Under the pieces are notes generated by a model that made no database searches, was not told the origin of the DNA, and worked only from the letters and a program-made list of their open reading frames with translations. A stretch of 64,000 bases of DNA from Ancylonema sp. Its lineage: Eukaryota. The position numbers were made by a program, and so were the translations under genes. Of the stretch, positions 26,290 through 39,643 are shown piece by piece; the first letter of the stretch is position 1; every line of letters starts with the position of its first letter. The DNA is taken from NCBI GenBank assembly GCA_050230475.1, contig JBFLGF010000099.1:1-64000 (forward strand), written 5' to 3'.

Positions 26290-27337
26290 GACCCGCCAAT
26301 GTCCTTCGACTCGGCAACTCCATCTCCGGACGAGCAAACTTGAATAGGGTTTTTGTGCTCCCCTTCTCAACAAACTTGAATACCATAGTGTTCTCCACGA
26401 TGACCTCAAGCACTTTGTTTTCAAGCTCAATCTTCTCCGTTGGAGACAGCTTCGCATCCTTGGTAAATGGAATCTTCCTATGCACTTGCCCTTCCTCTGG
26501 TCCCTCGTCCCTGCCCCTTTTCTCTTTCTTGTTGAACCCCCTCAGGTACACCTTAATTGTTATTTTGGTTTGTTCATCCTTGAAATGTGTGCAGCTGGCC
26601 AAGTGTCTGGCCATGTCTCTTCTGGTTCCGTTGCAGGTGTAGTCTTTGTTGCCTTCTTTGCTGCCGCCTTTTGCTTTGCAGTGTACGCAAGCTGCCTTCG
26701 GAATTTTGCCGTGTTTGCACTTTCCGACTAATACACCTTTTGCGTTGCTTCCCTTTGGACCTTTCTTATAGCAACCACCTTTACTACCAAGAGGAAGCTC
26801 CACATACTCGAAGTTCTTGTCGAGGAAAAGGGCGTCTAGATCATTATCAGAAATCACGCCACACTCTACACAACCTCCTGTCTCTGCATCTGCCACCTCC
26901 ATGCCTTCCATGTCCAAACCGAAGATCACCGATCTGGATTTCGTTGTATCATATGGTATGAATCATGTTTGTGTGTACCATATAAGTGTGTTCCAGACTA
27001 TAGACTTGTGCTCGCTACTTACGTGTCTTTCATGTTTTGGATACTTCCCCAGTATCCAGAAGCTGCACGTGATTCGTGGAACTTCTGATCATCATCCTTT
27101 CGCTTCCTCTGTGGAGTTTACGGTTTCTCGTCCCGTATAATGCGCGGAATAACCGGAAAATTTTCGATTCCCTACCGTTTCCTACCGTTCCCTACCGATT
27201 ATTTCCTACCGCCCTACCCCCTACCAAGCCTTCCGCGGTTGGGCTAATTCCCTACCCACTTGTGCATATTTGAGCATCGGTAGCTACCGCGGTGAAACGG
27301 TAGGGAGTAGGGCGGTAGGGCGGTGTCGCCAACCCTA
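26290..27337 (-). mobile_element. 5' part of a hAT transposon with truncated transposase
   Basis: End TAGGGTTGGC at 27337 with many subterminal CCTACCG motifs. ORF has a BED-like finger (ACVHC...MARHLASC) and FKFVE...LPSRRTLAGPI, then is cut by the Copia-derived segment. Confidence 0.78.
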
Positions 27338-27512
27338 CCCGGCACCCTTGGGGTGTAGGAAGTACCCCCCCACCCCCAGGGGATAATAATATAATTTTCC
27401 CGCCTATGGTTCAGCACCGTGCGCGATATTTGCGCACGCAAGCGGCATGCGTGCGCGAGCGCACGCGTGCGGAACACGTGCGGGATGCGCACTCCAAATA
27501 CTCATCTATGCT

Positions 27513-28367
27513 TAGGGTAGCGTTATTCGCACTCCACCAAAAATACTATTCGCACTCCACGCGCAAGATTTACAGGTTTCGCCACTGCCGTAGGTAAAAT
27601 ATTCGTTGTACGCAAACAATTAATCCGGTGCACGCGATGACGAGTACTGCGCATCCACTTGCAGCAACTTCCGTTGTAACTTTTCAACACGTGTGTGTGC
27701 CACATCAACGAAACGAAGAGAAATGTTTGGTAGCCTCCTCTCCCACGCGTTTTTGGCCACTACTGTACCCCGTCTCTGTCTGCGTAACCTTCTCTGCAGG
27801 CTGTTGTCATCCGCAATATACGATTTATCCGCTCTTCGTCGATTCAAATTTAAACCGAGAGCGGAGATTTCCTCTGTAATTATGGTGTGAGTAGCTTCAA
27901 CTTATGCGTTACGGCACAAACTTTTACAATCAGAATAGTTAGAAACTGTAAAATGGTATTTCAAGCGAAAACGCATGCGAAGAATACATTTTGTTTTTGT
28001 CTTTTGTTTTAATTACTGATTATACTTTCAAGTCATAGCAACCGATCCATTGTGAATTTTATGAGAATGGAGATGCATGCACGCGATGCGATTCATTTGT
28101 GGCAGCGATTCAGCAAGTGAGGGTAGGACAGATGGGGCAACGGCGGGCGTGAACCTCGTAGTAGCGGGATATGAACCACACAATATTTAATACGTGTGTT
28201 ATATCGGATACTCAGCACGCAGTCGTGTAGTATCGGGAGAGACCGTGAGATCAATGATTTTTTTCGCGTTACAGCGTAACTTTATCGATCGACAGTGGCA
28301 AAACTGTAAAATCTGCGCCTAGAGTGCGAATAGTGTTTTTGGTGTAGTGCCAATAACACTACCCCTA
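27513..28367. mobile_element. Non-autonomous DNA element with long (about 75 bp) imperfect TIRs
   Basis: TAGGGTAGCGTTATTCGCACTCCACCAAAAATACTATTCGCACT versus AGTGCGAATAGTGTTTTTGGTGTAGTGCCAATAACACTACCCCTA. TSD and superfamily unresolved. Confidence 0.8.
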
Positions 28368-29299
28368 TGCTAAGTAACTTAGGTCTCTTGAAAATAGATG
28401 TAAGTAAAAAACAACGCCCAAACGAATATTGCATACCCAAATTATACCGAACAATGAAAACGGAGAGCTAAGGCCGTTACTTAGTGTAACTGAGCTCGCT
28501 CCTAACTCGCTCCTGAGCTCAATTGTGCCGTGCGCCATGTGCCTAGCGCCGGAAAACTTGGGAATTCCGAGCTCAGAAGCTGCAGCTTAGTCGGCGGAAA
28601 CAAGATCCGGCTTTGCCGCATTTTTTTGTTATAACGTTTTTTTTATTATTTTTGAGCGGCGGATTTTTTATATGAAAAAATGAGAAATATTTTTGGATAG
28701 TGCAGTGTTTTTTTTTGTTTTGTTTTTTTTTTGTTTTGTTTTTTTTCTCTTGTTTGTTTTACGGCTAAAGAAGTTGCTATTTATGTGTGTGTTTGAATTT
28801 ATGTATTTTTTTTTCTTTTTTTTTAATATTTATATTTATGTTGTAAATGTTAAACTAGTATACTCTGAAAAGTTTGGAACTCATGGAAGTTTTGACTCTT
28901 TTTTTTTAATTTTGAAAATGCGACAACGTGTTATAGGCTAAATACATGACCACATGTTTCATTTTTATAAATCTCGTAATTGTCAAATCTATCTTTATTA
29001 GCCAATTTGAGATTCTAAAAATTTATGTTGTTGTTATCTGGTTCAAATAGAGTTAAGATGATTTTGCGTACTAGCTTATTTTTGCAATTGTCTAAGCAAA
29101 TTAATTTACTTTTCCGAAAACAATCGATTTTTTTATTTTTTTATTTTTTTTTGTGCTTAATTGAAACTGCAAGTTGTTCATTTCCCTCTGTAACAATTTA
29201 CTCTACTCTATTCTATTTAATTATTACTCCAACACTGCTTTCATGGCATTTGTGCTTGATTGAAGCTCTAAGTATCGTTTTCTTCTTTATCCATTCGCT

Positions 29300-29840
29300 A
29301 CTAATGTTGGAGCTCCGCAATGGTCATGTTGAGAATTCGCAACTCCACTTCGCGTCTCCGAGTGTTATTCATTGTGGTGAAATCCTCCTCGATATATGTT
29401 TCCACATATATGCCTTGTATTTTTTTGAATTGTTTCTCTTTCCATAGTTCGAGTTCTGACGCTTCTGTCTCGTCCCAAAGCTTCTTCAGGTTTCTGATCG
29501 CGTCTTCAACGGTTGTGTGAACTTCCGCACCAGAAATCGATGGTATTTCTTATGTGATCCTTTTCCACTTTCGTTTCCAACCGCTGATCTCACTCTCGGA
29601 GGCACCTACCCACACGAATTGTGATCCCTCTCTCCTCCAATAGCCCCAAACGCCTTGATCGAATGTGCGTTCTCTGCCGTAAAGTTCGTTTTCTATGTCT
29701 GAGAATCCGTTTTTAATTCTTCGTGCATTGAGTTCCTGTCGATTTCGTTTATTTTGTTGCGTGTTGAGTTCGTGGAGAAGATGCGATACTATTGTGTTTT
29801 CGAAATTCCCGATACCCCTTTCATTGTGATTTATTGCCAT
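29300..29840 (-). pseudogene. Intronless ORF of unknown function broken by one in-frame stop (about 180 codons)
   Basis: MAINHNERG...KRIT*EIPSISGAEVHTTVEDAIRNLKKLWDE...IAELQH*; hydrophilic, protein-like composition in very AT-rich flanks. Confidence 0.4.
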
Positions 29841-30299
29841 TTGTAACACTCTCAATCGATTGTACTTTTTCTTATTCTTTGTGTGTCGGTTTAATATTTT
29901 TTCGTTTAATGTGTTTTCGGTGACGAGATTATGGGGTTAGAATTTGTTGACGGGCTAATTGGATTGTCATGGTGCTCGATGTTGTTTGTGTTGGTCGACG
30001 TGTTTGATATTGGTACTATCTATTTAATTTTTTATATTCGAAGTTTATTAATTTATGTGTTACGTTCGACCGTCCACATGTTGTCTCTAATTGGTGTTTA
30101 CGTGTCTTTAGTTTTTCGTTTGTTTGGCTGTAGTTGAGACGTGGACTGAAACTAACTATGAATCGTTATATTTTAAAATGATATCGCGTCGCTTTGTTAC
30201 GCGTGCGACCTTATTATGTAGTGGATTAATTGTGACGGATTGATTGTGTCTATGATGTTTAATATTGACGTTGTTGGTCTCTATTTATCTATGGGATTT

Positions 30300-30625
30300 T
30301 CCAAGATTGTCGGAGTTTTAATTTTTGCGTGTCGCGTGCGATATTGGACACGACTTTTCGTGACGTGTTTTGCACATGTGTTGTGTGGTCGTTGACATTC
30401 GGGCCGAAGGCATTTGACGCATCGGTGATATTTCGATAATGACTTTGTTGGTCTGTATTTATTATTGGGAATATTTTTGAATATACTCGTGTTGTCGAAG
30501 TCATAATTATTGAGTGTCGCGTGCGATATGTCATATGATGTAACATGACGTATATTACACGTGTGTTGTGTGATTCTTGACATGCGGGCTTAAAGCATTT
30601 GACGCATCAGTGATTTTCCGATAAT
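30300..30625. repeat. Diverged tandem duplication, period about 185 bp
   Basis: GTCGCGTGCGATAT and GCATTTGACGCATC.GTGAT.TT.CGATAAT each occur twice at that spacing. Confidence 0.75.
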
Positions 30626-31221
30626 ATCGGGACCGTCTCGTTATTTTTTTTGGTGCCGAGATTATCTTTTCTACCTGTTTGTTTTGTTAATTTATTTGTC
30701 ATCGTTCTCGTACATTATCATCGTTCGCTGGTTACCCAATCTCCGTGGCTATTTTTGGCACGTGTTTTGTTCTTTAACTCGAGGATCGGAGCCTTTTATG
30801 GAGATGTACCAAAAAGGAATCTTCACAACTATCTTCTGACTAGAGTTTGCGTCTGGCTGCTCAGTTGCTGTTTGCTGAGGTTTGCGCGTTCCATTGATAT
30901 AATTTTCTTTCGTCTCATCTCAATTCGTTTAATTAATTCAATGGGTGCTGCCATTGATTTCGATTCTGACGATGACTGTCGCGATATTGTCGTTGATGAG
31001 TACTCTGATGCTGCCATGAATGATGTATTGTATGATATGAGGTCATATCTGCCATCTCGTGTTCCGACCCTGGACACCGAAGACTTCAGGTGTCTTTTTT
31101 GTTCAAGTGAGTATTCATGCTGGCATTTCCTGATTTTTTATTATGTTTGTGTTCATTGCTGTAGTTGTCTTTTGTTTTCTATTATTTATTTCGGTTTTTT
31201 CTTACTCGTGTTTTTAGTATA

Positions 31222-31405
<184 letters not shown>

Positions 31406-31524
31406 GGAACTCATAATATGGCGCGGTGTAGACGTGATTTATTATAGGGAGATAGTTATTAGATATTAGGGGTAAAATAGCTAACGATCTCACACGTTGT
31501 GACATGTTTCTCACCTCCAAGCGA

Positions 31525-34500
31525 CTCTAACCTATGCAGTTATGTACGCTTCGCCTATTGGTGCGACATCTTCGGATGCACGTTGTGTGAGGAACCAATC
31601 TGCCAGTGGGGCCGGGGCGGGGCATTGGTTGCATGCTATGCCGATTTTGCCCTCCTTCCGCATTTGCCGTGACGACTTTATCACTGCCTTGCGTCTTCGG
31701 CTCGCCCTTCCCCACCCTTGCCGGATACGATACATGCGCATGTGGCCATGCCTTAGATAGTCTAGGCACCCACTGTAACGGAGTGACGTGTGCCCTTGTG
31801 CATTACTCTTGTTTTGCCGATAATTAAGTTAATTATCGATTGTGCCTAGAAGCAGAGTTGCTTATAGAGAGGGACGCCGGCCTCGGGCCTGCGCCCTGCC
31901 TAAGTATTATTAATACTTGGCGCAATGTTGCGCCAATTAATACACTTGTTTAATATTAAATATTACCGCCCCCGCATGGAGCCGGTAACTGTCTATTATT
32001 TCTCTCGACGGGTCCTTTGACGGGTCAAAATCCCCGTCCGTTCTCGTACGGATTCAGCCGTACATGACGCAAGTCAACCGTCGTTTGTTGCGGAATTCCA
32101 TCCCGCATCGAGACAGAGCTCGTAGAGCTCTTCCAGTGGCCTCGGCGAACCGCTGTCAGCTGAGGTGCGATTCACCCTCAGCTCAACATGAGCTTGTGCA
32201 CGATTCGATCGTGAGCTCCGCCTTCAAACATACACGCCGCAGCCTGCAGAGTACTCAATCATTCATTGACAGACTACGGACACAGCGTGTCGATAGAGCG
32301 TGTCGATTACGTTCGAGTCGTATGTGTTTGTTATTTGCTAATAACGTTATTTATATTGCCCTGTGGCGATATATTACATTGGTATCAGAGCAAAATTTAG
32401 ATCGTGGCAGAGTCTTCGGCACTATAGCATTGTGCATGAGTTTCGAAGCAGCACTCGTCGCATTTATCAAAACATATCAAGAAATGTCTTTGAATGTGCT
32501 AGCTGCGAATGCGCCCCGCGGACAACCGACATCCGCCCCTCCTGTAGTTGAGACTGTGGCGGTTTCCGCAATGCATTCGGTTGTTCAGCAGGTTGCAGTC
32601 ACTTCGCCAAGGCAATCTCCTATGCCTATGGTCAGCGGATCTCCGATGGGAGGTACTCCCAAGCGTCCAGCTCTTGTGATAGTTCCCGCCCCGCGAAATT
32701 TCACCGCATGAAATTTCCGCCCCGCTCGCCAGCCCGCCCACGCTGCAGTCGCTCAGCCAGCAATTCTTGTTGTTGCCACTGCTCACGGCGCTAGCGCTTC
32801 AATCGATGCGCTTGGCGGTCTGCGAACATACCATGAGAATCGTGGGAAGCTCTCTAACGAAGAGGAGCTGCTGCGTCAGGCCGAGAAGGCGCTGCAAGAC
32901 CAACGCGAGAAGGTCGCTGGGCTCGCTGTACAGTTGAATGTACAAGGGCGCGAATTGGGACAAGCTGAAATCCGCCCTGCTAAGATTGAGACTGCAGAAA
33001 TCTCCAGCGAGCGCCTTATCACACAAGGGCGTTCGAAATTGTTGCGATCCGAGGGGTCATAGCAAGACCGGGACCTGTACTTCAAGGCGCTGACGAATTT
33101 CGTTGCGCTTCCCATGTGGGATGCGAACGGGAAAGTCAAATTTCGCGATTGGTTCCAAGACTTCAAGGGAATGATCTTCGACATGGGCTTCACGGAGGAG
33201 ACAGGCATGCGTCCGATCATGACTCGCTTGAAGGAGGGGCCCAATTCTTACTGGCGGGATTGTGAATCCTCGCTGCTAAGAACGGGCGGCAACCCGTATT
33301 CCTATGAGGTGTTTGAGCGACAGATGATGGTCGCGTACGGTAGTACGGACGTGTCGGAGCAATCCAAGCTCACGTATTGGGCGTTGAAGCAGAGTGGCCC
33401 GCTGCGACCTCTCCTGGTGGAGATGAAGCTGCAACTGTCGCGTATGGATCCGGGGATTCGTCCATCGCGTAATGCTCAGATCCAACATCTGCTGGACATC
33501 ATGAACCTCGAGTTGTTCACAGCGGTGAAGCGCAAAGGACGTGGGAAGGGAGGGTCGTGGACCAGCCTTCAAGAATTCATGGCGTTCGCTGTGAAGGAGG
33601 ACGACGATCAGCAAAAGTTGCGGATCATGATTCCGAACTCTACGGAGGAGCGCGAGCTGTCGTTTCCTCAGCTCATGAAGAAGCGAAAGGCATATGCCTT
33701 GGAGCGTCGTGGAGGTGGATCCTTAATCCCAGTGAAGAAGGGGACGACGTTTGGCAGCGCCGAGTAGGGGGGGAGTTCTTCCCGCTTCCAGGGCCAGGGC
33801 CAGAACCAGGGCAAGTTCCAGGGCCAGGGCTCGATCAAGGGGCAGGCCAAGGGCCAGGGCCCGAAACAGGACCCGGGTAGGGCCAAAATTAGCAACCAGG
33901 TTAGGATGGCTCTGTATACCGACGGGAAATGTTTCACGTGCCAGAAGTCTGGACACGTAATTGTCCTACTCGTGTAGTAGTTAAGGACAAGGGGGATGAT
34001 ACTGATGGAAAGAAATCCTATAGCCGTGTGGTAAAAGGATAGCTCGTTCCGACTCGGAGTCACGGAGCGAGCAAGATTTGAAAAAATTTGTAATTGTCAA
34101 TAAAAATGATTTGGCAACAATTTGTGGGAAGAGTCTCCCAATAATTGTTTGTTTGGAAAATCATAAGAATTTTATTGCAATGGAATACAAATGCAATGTC
34201 ATGACTCCTTTTGAATTCTTTTCATGTGTCGAGTTTCCATGCGATGTGTACATGTTTTTACCAAGTGGTAAAGTACTCGATGATTGCATACAATATTTTC
34301 ACACGTTGGTGAAGAAATTTAAATGCATTGTCATGAAGCCCAAGTCGGGGATAAACGCATGGCCGGTGTCATTTAGAGTCTACAAACAAATCCAAAGATG
34401 CGAAAAGGTCAATCACATGCATACGTCAGGGATTTCCCTCGTTAACTAATGTGAAACACATTGTCTTATGGTGAGTAGTACAAATGCCACGATGGCTGCA

Positions 34501-37500
34501 CTTTCAGCACATGACAACAGTTTGTCATTTGAAGCGCAAGTTGCAGGGATCCCGATATCGATATCGTTGGATACCCTCGCTAGCGAAAACTTCATAAGTG
34601 CAAAATTTGTACGCCTACACAATATTGCCATCGATACCAGTAACAAAGTGAGTATCACTTTGGGTGATGGTAGTGAATGTGATATATTGGGAAAAGTCAA
34701 TATTCACATGAAATTGGGAGCCTACCATGGCAAAGACGTTTTCAATGTGCTAAATTTAGCACCGTATATTGACTCCATTCCTTGGATTAGAATGGATGAA
34801 TCGACATAATGCTATTTTAGACTTTGGAACCAAAACATGTCGAATAAACAAAGGATACGCTTTATCACATTGTTTGCAAGTCAGCAACAAAAAAAATCCA
34901 GTCTCTCCTTTATTATCATCGATGCAACTTTCCAAGGCATTAAGGAAAGGAGCTCAGGCATTCCTTGTTCAGTTACGCTCGAAAACTCTTGAACAAGAGT
35001 TAGCGGATACTGAAGAGTGGCCTTTGCAAACTGAGGAAAAGATGCCAGGCATCCCAACTCAAATGGTGGAGTTACTCGACGAGTTTGTCGATGTCTTTCC
35101 GGACGAGCTTCCGAACGGACTTCCACCCGATGGGGGAACCGAGCATACGATTCCATTGGAACCGGATGCACAACCTATTTTTCGACCGATGTATCGGTTA
35201 AGTCCTCTTGAGCAAGAAGAGGCAAAGAAACAAATCATTGAGTACTTAGCGAAAGGGTGGATTACCCCGAGTTCTTCGCCGTACGGTCAGCCGATTTTGT
35301 TTGTGTCAAATAAAGGGGGGAGTTTGCGAATGTGTATCGATTTTCGAGCACTTAACAAACAAACCGTCAAAAACCGATATGTCTTGCCACGTATCGATGA
35401 TCTGTTGGATCAATTGAATGGCGCGAAGGTATTCACGGCATTAGATTTGGCTCAAAGATATCATCAAATTCGGATAACGCCGGAAGATTTTCCAAAGACC
35501 GCGTTTAGAACGCCGATGGGTCATTATGAGTTTAAAGTGTTGCCTTTCGGATTGACTAATGCCCCGGCAACCTTTCAAGCGACGATGAATGATATTTTTC
35601 GTCCGTTACTCGGAAAGTTTGCATTAGTCTATCTGGATGATATTCTAATATACTCTAAAACCGAAGAAGAACATATTGAGCATGTTCGACAAGCAGCGTT
35701 GTCGATTTTACGAAAGTATAAGTTCTGTGCCAAAAAGAAGAAGTGCACGTTTATGCAAGAAAAAATAATTTACTTAGGGCATGAGGTTGGGTCCGAAGGT
35801 ATTCGACCCGCTGCTCAAAAGCTAAGTGTCATCCCGGATTGGCCTATTTCGGCAGCCGTCAAGGACGTAAGATCGTTTCTTGGGTTAGCGAATTACTTCC
35901 GAAAATTCATTTATGGATTTGCAGAGATCGCTAAACCAATGACGAATTTGACTAAGGCGTCGACACGCTTTGAGTGGACCGACAGTTGCCAAAAGTCATT
36001 TAATCGACTTAAGTGGTGTTTAACCCACGCGCCGACGTTGGCGTTGTTTGATCCGAATCTTCCTGGTGAAGTTGTAACGGATGCATCGATGCATTCTTTA
36101 GGAGTTGTTCTTCTCCAGGGTTCTCGTGCAATTGCGTAAGAATCCCGAACAATGAACAGCGCAGAACAACGTTACGGTGTTGGTGAGCAAGAGTTGCTCG
36201 CCACGGTACACTGTTTGCGTAACTGTGGAGGTGCTATCTGTAAGGTGCCCATTCCTTTGTGGTCGTAACTAATCACAATCCGAATGTCTTCTTAAGTACT
36301 AAAACTGAGTTGTCAAGGCGGCAAGAACGATGGTCCGAGCTGTTACAGTCGTTCGACTTTAAATGGGAATATCGGCCGGGACGCACAAATCTGGCCCTCT
36401 CTGTCGTATCGATAGGAAGGTCCCCTTGCCTCCTAGTCTCACAACGGCACCTGAACCACGGCGAGGAAACGTGGAAGGGATTGCAACCTTTACGGACACC
36501 ACCACGATGCAACGACGGACTATGATGGCTATCCACGTTGGTTCCCCAGATTCAGCCATGGATTTGGCCAAGACGATCTCGGAAGGATATGTCGTCGGCA
36601 CTGAGTGTGAGGGCTCCCCATCTTGCCAGAAAGGGGTATACCACCTAAACTATACCAAAGGATTATGGTATAAAGATGACCGTGTATTCGTGCCCGCGGC
36701 GGCTCGAGACACAATCATGCAACTTGGGCACGCAAGTGCGGTTGCGGGTCATTTTGGCGCCAAGAAGTCGATTGAGTTCATCAAACGTACTTATTGGTGG
36801 CCGACATTGTTGGTGGATGTTTCCAACTTTGTCCGTGGCTGTCTTGTTTGTCAACGGAGCAAGACATTAAATAGTAGGCCACAAAGGTTGTTGCAACCTT
36901 TGCCGATCCCGGAACGCCGTTGGTCATCGTTATCGATGGACTTTATCACAAGTCTTCCGACTACCGCACGACAAAAGAATTTGATTCTTGTGTTTGTCGA
37001 TAGGTTTTCAAAGATGGTTCATTTCATCGCGGTTGAGGAATCGATGACGGCAAAGGATTTTTCCCGTTATTTCATCGAAGGAGTTGTAAGACTCCATGGC
37101 CTTCCCGACGAAATTATTTTTGATCGAGATCCTAAATTTCGGGCCGCGTTCACGAAAATGTTCTTTGCTGGATTGGGTGTCGATTTGAAGATGAGTACTT
37201 CTTTTCATCCTCAGACCGAGAGGCAAACCAAGAGGACCAATCGAACTTTGGAGCAATATCTTCGTTCCTTCATAGATGTCGACATGTCCGATTGGGAGGA
37301 TTGGTTGCCATTGGCTGAGTTTTCGATAAACAATGCTTGGCAAAAAACCATCCAGTGTACTCCATTCGAGATGAATGGCGGTCAGCACCCTAAGACATCG
37401 TTAACCCTTCGGGCAAGTGCTCGTCTGCAAACGGGGCAGCCAGGAGATTGGGACCCTGCCGCTGAACGTTTTCGTGCTAAGAACAGACTCTTAAAGAAGG

Positions 37501-39500
37501 CTCGGAGAGTTATCAAGAGGCTCAAGCAAGGCAGAAAATGAATGCTAACAACCGCAGAAAATTGGTGGAACCATTTTCTGTTGGGAGTAGTGTTCTTCTA
37601 TCTACCTAGGAGGATCACTCTATCAACACCCGGGCCCAGTAAACTCTGGCCTAAGTTCATTGGTCCGTTTAAAGGTGTTGGCCCGAATCGGTGAGGTTGC
37701 CTATCGATTGGAGTTTCCCGTGCATCTGAAAATTAACAATGTGTTTCATGTGAGTTTGTTGCGGCATTTTGTAGCGGGTAAATCGCCGATTCCACCGGCG
37801 GTTCCCGTGGATGCTAACATAGAATATGAAATCGAAAAACTCCTCGATTTCCAAGTTCTAAAAGTCGGCCGTGGCACACGACGTGAATTTCTGGTCAAGT
37901 GGTTGGATTATGGACCTGAACATAACACTTGGGAACCAGCGATAGTTATCGAAAAATCAGCGCCACTGATGGTAACTAAATTCCTAGGTAGACAAAAAGG
38001 CATGTCAAAGGCTAAGGACAATAGTGCGAAGAGTGTTACGCGCACAGTTGGAGCAACGTTTTCCGACGTACAAGTCAAGTCTGGATTGCGGAAACGGAAA
38101 AAGACCTAGTAACTTCATTTGTGGTCAATGCGGACATTGCCACTTAAGGGGGGGCGAGTGTAACGGGTGACGTGTGCACTTGTGCATTACTCTTGTTTTG
38201 TCGATAGTTAAGTTAATCATCGATTGCGCCTATAAGCAGAGTTGCTGCTTATAGAGAGGGACGCCGGCCTCGGGCCTCCGCCCCGCCTAAGTGTTATTAA
38301 TACTTGGCGCAATGTTGCGCCAATTAATACTTGTTTAATATTAGATATTACCGTCCCCGCGTGGAGCCGGTAACTATCTATTATTTCGACGGGTCCTTTG
38401 ACGGGTCAAAGTCCCCGTCCGTTCGCCGTACGGATTCAGCCGTACATGACGCAATTCAACCATCGTTTGCGGAATTCCATCCCGCATCGACAGAGCTCGT
38501 AGAGCTCTTCCAGTGGCCTCGGCGAACCGCTGTCAGCTGAGGTGCGATTCACCCTCAGCTCAACATGAGCTTGTGCACGATTCGATCGTGAGCTCCGCCT
38601 TCAAACATACACGCCGCAGCCTGCAGAGTACTCAATTATTCACTGATTGAACAAGCTCTAGCTGGTGCGGACAGAGCGTGTCGATTACGTTCGAGTCGTA
38701 TGTGTTTGTTATTTGCTAATAACGTTATTTATATTGCCCTGTGGCGATATATTACACCCACCTGATGCGTTGCACCCGTCGAGGAAAACGCACTTTGTCA
38801 CATGACTCGGTGCGGGACTCTTTGTACTACATTGTCCGGGAGTCTTAGCAACACGCTCAACGGGAGCGGACGGGTTTCGTGCCATCATCATCTCGAGGGG
38901 GTCGTTGGGAGAGGGTGGATATTGTGATTTCGGACCCGGGTGTGGATCATACCCTTGTGGGTCTCGTGACCGGAGGCCCAATCCGTCGTGATTTGGTGGA
39001 TCGTGCGGCCGAGAGGCATTTGGTGGTTGCGGAAGACGCGGAGCGCAAGAAAAAAGCCCATTATCGCGACCGGACCCCGGGTACCAAGTTTGTGCCTTTC
39101 GCTGTGGAGACATACGGCGCCCTTGCAGAGGCTAGCGACCGGTTCTTGGTGGGGTGTGCACATCGAGCGGCGGAGAAGGGTTGCAGGTCGGGGTACCAGC
39201 CTAGTTTGCTAGTGTCATGGTATCGTTAACGCGTTTGGGTTGCTTTGTATCAGTCTTTGGTACATGCTATCCATGCTAGAACATTGTGTTTAGAGCAGAA
39301 TATGCCATTCTTGCCCCCCCCCCCCTTTCCACGCGTTGATTACGGTAGCTGATTTTTATGTGGTCGCTCGGTCACCTAGAGTGCGCGGAACCTTAGTTTG
39401 TAATCATTGCCCTCTTACGTGCCCTTTTAGGTTTCTACTTTTCTCCATTGTACTCACATGGGGTTCCCATCGTGCTTTCCGTTTTAGTTCTCTCTTTTTG
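31525..39500 (+). mobile_element. 3' fragment of a CRE-like non-LTR retrotransposon with restriction-like endonuclease, split by the Gypsy element
   Basis: Left part GAGHWLHAMP..ALRLRLALP..CACGHALDSLGTH joins the right part LMRC..SHDSVRD..RVDIVI..KKKAHY..FVPFAVETYG across the CCCAC TSD. Outer ends approximate. Confidence 0.8.
31774..38756 (+). mobile_element. Full-length, mutated Ty3/Gypsy chromovirus
   Basis: LTRs 31774-32378 and 38159-38756 (TG...CA), TSD CCCAC, PBS TGGTATCAGAGC (tRNA-iMet), PPT AAGGGGGGGCGAG. Gag with CFTCQKSGH, protease LDTLASENFI, RT VYLDDIL, RNase H VTDAS, integrase HHCC + SMDFI, chromodomain EYEIEKLL..FLVKW..NTWEP. Confidence 0.96.
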
Positions 39501-39643
39501 ACAAAATAATGTTGATAAAAAGTTTATTTTAGCGAGGAGTTTCCCATATAGAAGCTTATCATATCGGGATTCGAGTGTACTGGTACGGTAGTTGACGGGA
39601 AAGAAACCGGTCCCGTGAGATTTCCGTTGCGGTATCTCCGTAG

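Noticed and set aside
32064..32711. 215-aa ORF as a host gene
   Set aside because: It starts inside the Gypsy 5' LTR and runs into the probable gag start.
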